IMG/VR virus record: IMGVR_UViG_3300028045_000021 | Coordinates: 1 to 53,507 of that record | Strand: one strand, 5' to 3' | Length of the DNA: 53,507 nucleotides | Source of the DNA: a virus | Taxonomy: Duplodnaviria; Caudoviricetes | Part shown: piece after piece, positions 31,261-39,019 of the stretch | How the letters are laid out: every line of letters starts with the position of its first letter | How positions within the stretch are numbered: the first letter of the stretch is position 1 | Position numbers and translations under genes: made by a program | Notes under the pieces: model-generated | Told to the model about the DNA's origin: nothing | What the model saw: the letters and a program-made list of their open reading frames with translations, nothing else | Database searches by the model: none

Positions 31261-31358
31261 CATTAAATATAAAGGAATACCGATGCGAAAAACATAAATT
31301 CAATTCCCTGCTTAAGGGTTAGAAAAGCACCAGTTTGCTAAACTGAAATGCAATAGGT

Positions 31359-31444
31359 TCATAATGTCGCTAGTTCGATTCTAGTATTCACCACCAGACG
31401 AAAGTCGGTGAATTAGCTCAGTGGGTAGAGCGTATGGCTGTAAA
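31359..31444 (+). tRNA. Circularly permuted tRNA-like module, anticodon GTA
   Basis: 3' half 31359-31396 ends ACCA; linker hairpin GAC-GAAA-GTC; 5' half 31407-31444. Reordered, the halves give a canonical 76-nt cloverleaf. Confidence 0.85.
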
Positions 31445-31451
31445 AACTTGA

Positions 31452-31537
31452 AAAGTTTAAGGCTGAAAGTTTAAAGCAAAAAGGTTAAAATTAAAAGCTC
31501 TTACGCATTAAAGATTAAAATGAAAAGCGTAAAGTTC
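31452..31537 (+). repeat. Eleven AAAGNNN-type heptamers
   Basis: aaagttt aaggctg aaagttt aaagcaa aaaggtt aaaatta aaagctc [ttacgcatt] aaagatt aaaatga aaagcgt aaagttc. Confidence 0.8.
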
Positions 31538-31633
31538 TTTTAAACCCCTGATAAAAGTTTATAAGAGTACTAATTGATTAACTCAATGTTTTGTGCAGGG
31601 CTGCATCGGTAGCCCTTTTTTATATAAAAAATT

Positions 31634-31789
31634 ATGGCAAAGGATAGAGAAAGCGTAACCCTTGATAAGGATATTAACGAGGGAGTACATAAGGAAGCTA
31701 AGGTAAAAAGGCTAGGATTTAGCACACTAGTTAATATTATACTGGGTAATCACTTAAAATCAAAAGGAGGTGAAAAAACTGTCAAATAA
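31634..31789 (+). CDS. 51-aa ribbon-helix-helix (Arc/CopG-like) regulator
   Basis: Manual translation MAKDRESVTLDKDINEGVHKEAKVKRLGFSTLVNIILGNHLK... Confidence 0.7.
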   Translation: MAKDRESVTLDKDINEGVHKEAKVKRLGFSTLVNIILGNHLKSKGGEKTVK

Positions 31790-31916
31790 TTTTACATGTA
31801 AAAAAATTAGACACTTTCCGAAAAATTTGTTTAACTTTGGCTAAAATTAAAAAAATGCCAATTGTCTAACTATATAATAATTAGCTGTTCATTAACGTGA
31901 GCGGCTATTTTCATTT

Positions 31917-33266
31917 ATGGGAATATTAAACGAATTAAGAATTAAGGCGGCAAATACATTAGTGAGGGGGATATCTGTACCAATTACTGGTAATTCATTT
32001 ATGGGATTTGGTGGCCAGTCAAAGCCGTGGAATAATTTAATAGATAATGCAGATTATTTAAAAGCATTCGAACAGAATCCATGCGTCAATGCTCCTGTGA
32101 ATATCTATGCCGAAGCTAGTGCAAATATTAGATTTTCATTAGAGGATTTAGAAGGTAATGAAATCAAACCTAGTGAATACAACGAACAAGGCAAAAGAGT
32201 AATTGAATTATTAAAAAATCCTAATCCTTTACAAATCACTTCTGAATGGTGGAAGCAAAATGTAATTTTTCAAATAGTTTTTGGTAATGCTCAGATGTAT
32301 AAATCGTTTCCTTCTGCTTTTGAAAACAAACTCGAAGCTATAACATCATTAACAAATATCTGGTCGCAATATATGACTCCTGTAGGTACTGGGTTATTTT
32401 TTGATGCTACAAAGCAGAGTGATATTATAAAAAAATGGATATTTTCATTTGGTACGTTAAAAAAAGAATTTGAAGCTGAAACCATCCTACATACGAATGA
32501 TACATCTATTAATCTATCCGATGATGGTGTGGTATTAGGAGCAAGTAAATTAAAATCACTTAAAGAACCAATTAATAATAGTTACAAAGCATTATTAGCA
32601 AGAGGTGAGTTGATTGAAAGTAGAGGCGCACAAGGTATTATATCGAGTGCCGCAAAAGATGCAACGGGAAGTGCACCAATGAGTCCTCATGATAAAAAGG
32701 AAATACAAGAAGACTTTAAAGATTACGGGATACAAAAAGAGCAATACCAATACATAATATCAAAACAACCATTACTATTTACCAGAACAGTTTTACCCAT
32801 AAAAGATTTACAACTATTCGAGGAAGTTGCAATATCTCAACAGCATATATCTACGACACTTCGAGTACCTAATGATTTAGTAATTCTTTACATAACTGGT
32901 GCGAAATACGAAAACCAAAAAGAAAGCATGAGGCAACTGTATGATGCTATAATTCCAGCCTCAGAAGAGAAAGTTAATGCTTTAAATGTTTTTCTAGGAA
33001 CAGAACAATATGGATTTAGAATAAAAGGATCGTATAGCCATGTGCCTGTATTGCAGCAAGATATTAAAGAACGTTCTGAGGTTAATAGAAATAATGCAAT
33101 AGCTTTTAGCAAGGCCTTTAGAGATGGAACAATAAAATACAATCAATATCTAGCCTCGTTAAATCAGCCAGCTGATCCAATAGATGGAGATAAAAAAATA
33201 TGGGATTTAGACGATAAACAATTACAAGTATTAGGAATAAATATTCAACAAGATAATGGCAACTAA
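31917..33266 (+). CDS. Portal protein (HK97-type)
   Basis: 449 aa; LLKNPNPLQ, FGNA.MY, GASKL, GIIS motifs; first gene of the head module after a TAACTTTG box (~31832). Confidence 0.88.
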   Translation: MGILNELRIKAANTLVRGISVPITGNSFMGFGGQSKPWNNLIDNADYLKAFEQNPCVNAPVNIYAEASANIRFSLEDLEGNEIKPSEYNEQGKRVIELLKNPNPLQITSEWWKQNVIFQIVFGNAQMYKSFPSAFENKLEAITSLTNIWSQYMTPVGTGLFFDATKQSDIIKKWIFSFGTLKKEFEAETILHTNDTSINLSDDGVVLGASKLKSLKEPINNSYKALLARGELIESRGAQGIISSAAKDATGSAPMSPHDKKEIQEDFKDYGIQKEQYQYIISKQPLLFTRTVLPIKDLQLFEEVAISQQHISTTLRVPNDLVILYITGAKYENQKESMRQLYDAIIPASEEKVNALNVFLGTEQYGFRIKGSYSHVPVLQQDIKERSEVNRNNAIAFSKAFRDGTIKYNQYLASLNQPADPIDGDKKIWDLDDKQLQVLGINIQQDNGN

Positions 33267-33278
33267 AAATATGAACTG

Positions 33279-34970
33279 ATGAAAAATATATTATTAACAA
33301 TCGTTGTGGTGGTATTGTCAATTAGTGTCAATGGCCAAAATAAAGTATTTAAAGGAGCTAATGGATGGGTGATTGGAGACGAAACAGTTCCCACAGCAAA
33401 ATACAGGCTTAATCCTAATGCTGATTCCACATCGGCAGAAATAAAAGCATTTGGTAGTGAATATCGTTTAATTAGAATGCAGCCGATTGCAAAATTTAAA
33501 AAAGAAAATGGCGATTCGTATTCTAATTATTTAGAATTGCAAACAGTTTTAAGGGATTTCGTGGGAACACAAGCCATAGTTCAACTTGGAGATGCACCTA
33601 TTGAATACACTAAGGCGACAGCAAGTGGCGCAACTTTCCTTATTCAAAAAGGGCAGCTCAATAATTTAAGACTACGTCCTCAAATAATCAATGAACAGGC
33701 TGAGAGTAGCCGTAAAATTCAAGGGGTTGTTACCTCATCAAATATAGTCGGTCAGATTTTCAAAGCAAGTCAAGATAATATTAATGGAATAGAACTAGCT
33801 CTCGAAAGTGCAGCGGGTGTTGATTTTGATGATTTTGAAAGTTATGCCGATAGCCCAGCATTGCAAGCCGCATGGATTGCAACGGGAACAGAAGCGACAT
33901 TAGACGTTAGTAATCCACATACAGGAAGTAAATGTATGGCTATAAATGGATTTTCACCCGTGGGAAACGAGTGGGAACGAACATTCTTAACGACTGATTT
34001 TTCAAATTATACCGGACAATTTTGGATGTACGCAACAAATACTTATACAGATGTTAAAATGAGAGTATTTGTAAGGGATGCTATTGGAAATACTAGTAGT
34101 GCGGCAATTGTTACTGTTGGTGCACTTCAATATTATAATTATGTGGTTGATACAGAATCATTGGTAGCCGATGGGGCAACGGCTGCAGATTTAACTGATA
34201 TAGTAGGTATAGGATTTAGAATTGAAAAAAGAAGATCAGGTAGTATAATATATATTGATGACATGGTTTCAGTGCCTAACCCCGGGAGTGTGGATTTAGA
34301 ATTATGGTACATGGGGACTACATTACCAGTAAGTACCGTAACATCCATTGATGACGGAATTCAATACAATGCGCTTGGAGATTTAGGAATAACAGGCGAT
34401 CAATTGGCATCTGTTAATTTACCAATGAAGGGTGGAAAGCGGACTTATCATGTTGATGAATTTGTTGCAGGTGTAGCTTTAGAAATACCGGGGAATGTCA
34501 TTTTACCCACTGATGCTTATTATGCGATAACTATTAATTATGTAGATACTGATGTTAGCGTTTATGGTCCTAATGACTCGTGGGATGATTATTATATTAA
34601 TGGGTATGGGTTCACAACTCCCGATGCAAGCACAGCTATTACGGCAATAGGTGATAGTGTGGATTTAATGTTTATAATTTACTCAACACAAGATGTATAT
34701 ATAGATGAAATATCTGCATTTGTAGATCAAGCACCTAATGGCAATAGTTCGGCAGGGATTTACGTGGAAGATGTAAATATGAAAAGAACTAATGTTTTAT
34801 TATCAAATGTTAAAGCGGTTCAGGTCGCTACTCAAAAACTAGCTCGGCCGTTTTTTTTGGCTAAAGGTGGTAAGTTAGAAGAAGAATATAATGATGATTT
34901 TACTGATAATGTTTCTTCTATTAATTTTATATTTCAATATTATTTTATTCCAAAAGAAGCTAATGAATAA
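33279..34970 (+). CDS. 563-aa beta-rich protein with Sec signal peptide and carbohydrate-binding-like domain
   Basis: MKNILLTIVVVVLSISVNG|Q; the DDFESY...FWMY...IYIDDM pattern is jelly-roll/CBM-like. Confidence 0.6.
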   Translation: MKNILLTIVVVVLSISVNGQNKVFKGANGWVIGDETVPTAKYRLNPNADSTSAEIKAFGSEYRLIRMQPIAKFKKENGDSYSNYLELQTVLRDFVGTQAIVQLGDAPIEYTKATASGATFLIQKGQLNNLRLRPQIINEQAESSRKIQGVVTSSNIVGQIFKASQDNINGIELALESAAGVDFDDFESYADSPALQAAWIATGTEATLDVSNPHTGSKCMAINGFSPVGNEWERTFLTTDFSNYTGQFWMYATNTYTDVKMRVFVRDAIGNTSSAAIVTVGALQYYNYVVDTESLVADGATAADLTDIVGIGFRIEKRRSGSIIYIDDMVSVPNPGSVDLELWYMGTTLPVSTVTSIDDGIQYNALGDLGITGDQLASVNLPMKGGKRTYHVDEFVAGVALEIPGNVILPTDAYYAITINYVDTDVSVYGPNDSWDDYYINGYGFTTPDASTAITAIGDSVDLMFIIYSTQDVYIDEISAFVDQAPNGNSSAGIYVEDVNMKRTNVLLSNVKAVQVATQKLARPFFLAKGGKLEEEYNDDFTDNVSSINFIFQYYFIPKEANE

Positions 34971-35038
34971 TACAAAGTGTCAAAAAATCATACACAAAGT
35001 GTAAAAAAATTGTACATTTGTAAAGAAATCATACAATT

Positions 35039-35137
35039 ATGGCAAAGAAATTATCTAAAGAAGAGATTGATAAAATAAAAAAGCTTAATCAAGATAAGAT
35101 TAAGTCTGTTAATGATGGTAAAATAATTAAAAAGTAG
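35039..35137 (+). CDS. 32-aa basic peptide
   Basis: MAKKLSKEEIDKIKKLNQDKIKSVNDGKIIKK, after a TACATTTG box (~35013). Confidence 0.5.
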   Translation: MAKKLSKEEIDKIKKLNQDKIKSVNDGKIIKK

Positions 35138-35141
35138 AGAT

Positions 35142-35999
35142 ATGATTATCAAGTGTAATACATTAGGAAAAGAATTTTCTTCAAAAGAGGAAATGTTTAA
35201 AGAATTAAAAGCTAATGAGGCTCATATAATCAAACTCAAAAAAGCATCTATTCAAAAAAGCTTTGAAAAAGGACAATTCGCCCCTTCTAATTGTATATCT
35301 AAATTAGATGAGTCTACAAAATCAACCTTAGAAATTGACCCTGAATATATATATCCAGTTATCAATACAACTAAATATTTAGATTCTCATGATGATGTGC
35401 ATTTTGATGGGATTTGGAATCGCTCAATGAAAGATCAAAAAGGACGCATACATTATACAACTGATCATGAATTGAAAGTTGGAAATATAATCGCATGGCC
35501 TGAGGATGTAGAGGTATTTACTAAAACGATCCCTTGGGCACTAGTTGGTAAAAATTTTCAGGGAGAAACTGAGGCGTTAATATTTAAAATAAAAAGAACA
35601 TCGTTAAAAAATAGAGATGCTACAGAAGCAATAAACGAACAGAGAAAACTACAAAACTCTGTACGGATGCGATATTATATAATAAAATTTGCTATTGATA
35701 GTGACGATAGGGAATATGCAGAAAATAAAGCTTATTATGATGCAAATATCAATAAAATAGCCAACAGAGAAAAAGCAGAAGAGCAAGGTTATTTTTTTGG
35801 AGTCGAAGAAGCTGCAATAGTTGACGAAGGAAGTTTAGTAATACGTGCATCAAATGATGCCACAGCAATAATAACAGCGGAAACGAAATTAGATTCGAGT
35901 TCATCCCATTCTAGTAAATTAGATTCGGGTTCATCTCATACTGAAAAAGCAGAAGCTGAAAAGAAAGAATTTTTATCAAAAATGAACTTAAAAAATTAA
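35142..35999 (+). CDS. Prohead protease/scaffold-like protein
   Basis: Directly upstream of the MCP; DSHDDVH, DH, NSVRM.Y and EGSLV..ASN.AT resemble HK97-type proteases. Confidence 0.7.
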   Translation: MIIKCNTLGKEFSSKEEMFKELKANEAHIIKLKKASIQKSFEKGQFAPSNCISKLDESTKSTLEIDPEYIYPVINTTKYLDSHDDVHFDGIWNRSMKDQKGRIHYTTDHELKVGNIIAWPEDVEVFTKTIPWALVGKNFQGETEALIFKIKRTSLKNRDATEAINEQRKLQNSVRMRYYIIKFAIDSDDREYAENKAYYDANINKIANREKAEEQGYFFGVEEAAIVDEGSLVIRASNDATAIITAETKLDSSSSHSSKLDSGSSHTEKAEAEKKEFLSKMNLKN

Positions 36000-36003
36000 A
36001 AAA

Positions 36004-37731
36004 ATGAAAAAATGGATTATAGACGGTGCATTTAAAGCGCTAAGTGATGAAGAATACAAAGCCTTATCTGGAGAGGATACTGCTTTATATCTTGCTGACA
36101 AACAAAAGTCAGATATTGATACAATGGTAAAAGATTTTAATAGTAAAATGGACGCTATTAAATCCGATACTATTAAAAAGGATGATGTAACGAAATTAAA
36201 AACAGATTTCGAAACCTCTTTAAAAGCTCTTAATGCGGAATCGTTTAAGGCTTATGTTGAAAAAATCGAGGGATTAGAAAAGGAAGTTAAATCTGCAACG
36301 GATTTATCCAAGGAGATTAAAGAAATTGCCAGAATTCAAGGTGAGACTTTAAAGAAACTTGATAATCCTAAAATTCCTGATGCTAGAAAGAAATTAACAA
36401 GGGATGATCAGCTAAAAGTTCTTATCGAGCATGCGTTTAAATCAGAAGCTTTTGAACAATATAAAGCTGATGGATTTAATAAAGCAACTGGAAAAATGGC
36501 ACTAAGCAACTCAGAAGATGGTAAAATTGAGCTGATTAAAGTTATTGCTGATGCTGATGCTAGTACTGAAAAAGCGGTTATTCCAATAAGCAGCAATCAT
36601 ACAGGAACTGTAATGATTTCTGAAATTTCAAACGTGGTAAGAGATGATACACCAGCACGTAAAAAACATGTACGTGATTTGCTTAATGTTGGTATGACTA
36701 ATCAAGCGCAAATTGTAGCAGGTCAGGTTTATGATTGGACTGATTCATTAACATTAGGTGCTCTTATGTTAGGTGAAAACACAGCAGCTCCAGAAAGTGT
36801 ATTTAAATCTAAAGAAAATACATGGGGACTTGGCCGAATTGCTAATTCAATGCGTATTTCTAAGCGTTGGTTTAAAACTAATGGATTACAATGGGTTATC
36901 GATCATGTATTAGCTAAATTGCCTGATGCTACCTATACTGTTGAAGATTTTCAGTTATTATTTGGTGACGATTCAGGTAATAATATTCAAGGATTAGCAG
37001 GTAGTGCTCAGTCTTTCGATTTAACACCTCAAACATACGCTGCTTTAGCTTTTGCTTCTGTTGCAACTTGGAATAGTGGAACACAAACTTTAGTTACATT
37101 CTTAGCTGCTCATGGTATGAAAAACGGTGATAGTTTAACTATTGCAAATGCAACAAGTGCACCATATAACGACACTCATACAGCAGTTGAAGTTGTAAAT
37201 GCAAAACAAGTCATTATAGATGAGGCTTATGTTGCTGAAATCGCTGGAAATATGGCTGCATGGACAGGTACTAGTCAGTCTATATTCTATCATGCAATTG
37301 ATGGAGCGCAGGAAGTTGATGTATTATCAGTAGTTAGGGCATTATTAGCCGCTGGTGAATTTAACGCAACTGGACACGTAGTAAACCCACAGCAAACTAT
37401 ACAAATGGGCTTATTGAAAGCAACTGATGAGAATTATCTTAACATTCAAAAAGATGCGAATGGTGAAGTTGTTGGAGTTGGTGGATTACCAATAGCAACA
37501 ACAACTGCCGTACCTGCTGGTAAATTCTTTAGTGGTGATTTTTCACGTAATGGAGCTGAATTATTAGAGTATACTCCTTTATCAATATCATTTGTTGAGG
37601 ATGTAACTACAGCTAAAGCTAATGAGATACTGGTACTTATTGAGGAAGAAATAATTTTCCCAATATACAATCCTTATTGGTTTATGTATGGTAAATTTGC
37701 AGATGCAAAAACTCAATTAGAAACACCTTAA
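36004..37731 (+). CDS. Major capsid protein (HK97 fold, N-terminal delta-like domain, inserted beta domain)
   Basis: Coiled-coil N-terminus; VRDLL, EDFQLLFGD..GNNIQGL, VVNP, GLP..TT.VPAG.F..GDF, N....LIEE. Confidence 0.9.
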   Translation: MKKWIIDGAFKALSDEEYKALSGEDTALYLADKQKSDIDTMVKDFNSKMDAIKSDTIKKDDVTKLKTDFETSLKALNAESFKAYVEKIEGLEKEVKSATDLSKEIKEIARIQGETLKKLDNPKIPDARKKLTRDDQLKVLIEHAFKSEAFEQYKADGFNKATGKMALSNSEDGKIELIKVIADADASTEKAVIPISSNHTGTVMISEISNVVRDDTPARKKHVRDLLNVGMTNQAQIVAGQVYDWTDSLTLGALMLGENTAAPESVFKSKENTWGLGRIANSMRISKRWFKTNGLQWVIDHVLAKLPDATYTVEDFQLLFGDDSGNNIQGLAGSAQSFDLTPQTYAALAFASVATWNSGTQTLVTFLAAHGMKNGDSLTIANATSAPYNDTHTAVEVVNAKQVIIDEAYVAEIAGNMAAWTGTSQSIFYHAIDGAQEVDVLSVVRALLAAGEFNATGHVVNPQQTIQMGLLKATDENYLNIQKDANGEVVGVGGLPIATTTAVPAGKFFSGDFSRNGAELLEYTPLSISFVEDVTTAKANEILVLIEEEIIFPIYNPYWFMYGKFADAKTQLETP

Positions 37732-37800
37732 ATTAAATAATATTTAACCTCCTCTAATAAAATGGGGAGGTTATTATTCACAAACTTAAAATATAAAAAA

Positions 37801-38208
37801 ATGAAAAAGCTTAGTTTATTAATATTGATTACTTGTTTATTTGTTGCAGTAAATGCACAATATACAATACCAGCAGATTCAATTAATGGTGCTGAAACGG
37901 TTTATTTTAAAACGTTTAAATTAACTAAAGGAAACATTGTAGCTCTGCAAGCTTTATGCACTAATACTGGCGGTACTACTGACGGGACTATTGTAGTACA
38001 AGGTTCAGTAGATGGTGTTAGCTTTGGGACACTTGCTAGCACGGCTGGCTTATTTTATGGCTACCCTAATGACACATTAACAATGACGGATGGAGCAGTG
38101 GGACTTTGGGTAATAGAAAATAATCCATTTTTGTACATAAGGTATAAAGTAGCGGGCACATCTGGTGATAGTACCATAGTAGCACCTGTACTTATAACTA
38201 AAAACTAA
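37801..38208 (+). CDS. Signal-peptide-bearing beta-sandwich protein (possible head decoration)
   Basis: MKKLSLLILITCLFVAVNA|Q; VQGSVDGVSF and YIRYKV motifs; follows the MCP. Confidence 0.65.
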   Translation: MKKLSLLILITCLFVAVNAQYTIPADSINGAETVYFKTFKLTKGNIVALQALCTNTGGTTDGTIVVQGSVDGVSFGTLASTAGLFYGYPNDTLTMTDGAVGLWVIENNPFLYIRYKVAGTSGDSTIVAPVLITKN

Positions 38209-38213
38209 ACAGT

Positions 38214-38405
38214 ATGGAAGTTGTTTTATCAGGAAAAGAAAAGGACATCAAAGCCCTTCTTAAAAATGAACGGCTTTGGTTAAAAAGAAATGCTATCGAG
38301 GTATCGGAATCAGTAGATAGTAAGAGCATCGAAAAGGAACTTAATTCTAAAAAAATGGAAGTAATGACCTTGCAAAAAAAGATTAAAAAACTTGAAGCTA
38401 AATAA
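38214..38405 (+). CDS. Small hypothetical head-module protein
   Basis: 63-aa ORF coupled to the next gene. Confidence 0.6.
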   Translation: MEVVLSGKEKDIKALLKNERLWLKRNAIEVSESVDSKSIEKELNSKKMEVMTLQKKIKKLEAK

Positions 38406-39019
38406 TGAATTATACAGACTATACATATTTTACAGGCGATATTGATATTACTTTTGAGAATCAAGACCCAACTGGTTTTACTCGTGACTACATCACTCCT
38501 TTAGAAGAAGAAATATCAGTTAGGGTAATGGGTAGAAAATTGTATAATGAATCACAAGCAGGAATAATCGAACCAACGCCCGACCAAAAGTGGTTAGATT
38601 TACGTGATGGCGTTGAATTCGATGTTGAATTTGAAGGGATTACCTATCCTGTAAAGTGGAATGGTCTGCAAAACACTGAAAAGAAAAGCCTATTAAGTTA
38701 TTATATTTATGCTGAATGGTTGAGTAAAAATTACAAACAACTATTAGGTACTGGTGTAGCTATCGCTAAAAAGAAAAACGCAACAACAACCGATGTGAGA
38801 GAATACATTTTACAATCTCAATCGAAAGCAAAAGCGTTAATAGGCGATTATCCTGTTAAAAGCGATAAGTACCAAAATGTAATACTGATAGATGATATAG
38901 ATGTGGATTTGATTAAGATATTCGAACCCACTCTATTCAATTTTCTGTATCACAAGCGAGCTGATTACCCAAGCTGGGTATTCACACCTTATGAATTTGG
39001 TAATTATTTTGACATATGA
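38405..39019 (+). CDS. Head-tail adaptor (putative)
   Basis: Position after the MCP, 204 aa, helical LLSYYIY.EW pattern. Confidence 0.55.
   Translation: MNYTDYTYFTGDIDITFENQDPTGFTRDYITPLEEEISVRVMGRKLYNESQAGIIEPTPDQKWLDLRDGVEFDVEFEGITYPVKWNGLQNTEKKSLLSYYIYAEWLSKNYKQLLGTGVAIAKKKNATTTDVREYILQSQSKAKALIGDYPVKSDKYQNVILIDDIDVDLIKIFEPTLFNFLYHKRADYPSWVFTPYEFGNYFDI

Larger units (their letters stand above)
31271..31620 (+). ncRNA. ~350-nt structured ncRNA with terminal stem, pseudoknot, heptamer array and embedded permuted tRNA
   Basis: TACCGATGC(31278-86)/GCATCGGTA(31603-11); CCCTGC/GCAGGG; AAAACATAAATT pairs with AGTTTAT and ATGTTTT; GGGTT/AACCC; ends in a T-run. Confidence 0.85.

Noticed and set aside
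31452-31537. CRISPR array
   Set aside because: Units are 7 nt with no repeat-spacer structure, and there are no cas genes.
31271-31620. Two-piece tmRNA
   Set aside because: It has a full D-arm and anticodon stem, T3-A70 rather than the G3-U70 alanine determinant, and no tag frame ending in AA.
31271-31620. Permuted group I intron or canonical YrlA Y RNA
   Set aside because: No recognisable group I core or consistent U/G splice sites. No Ro60/TROVE gene is present, and CCA and the anticodon loop are retained. Not formally excluded without covariance searches.
35886-35944. 30-bp tandem duplication (KLDSSSSHSS/KLDSGSSHTE); also the DLDGN repeat at ~47555-47590
   Set aside because: Ordinary in-frame linker duplications.
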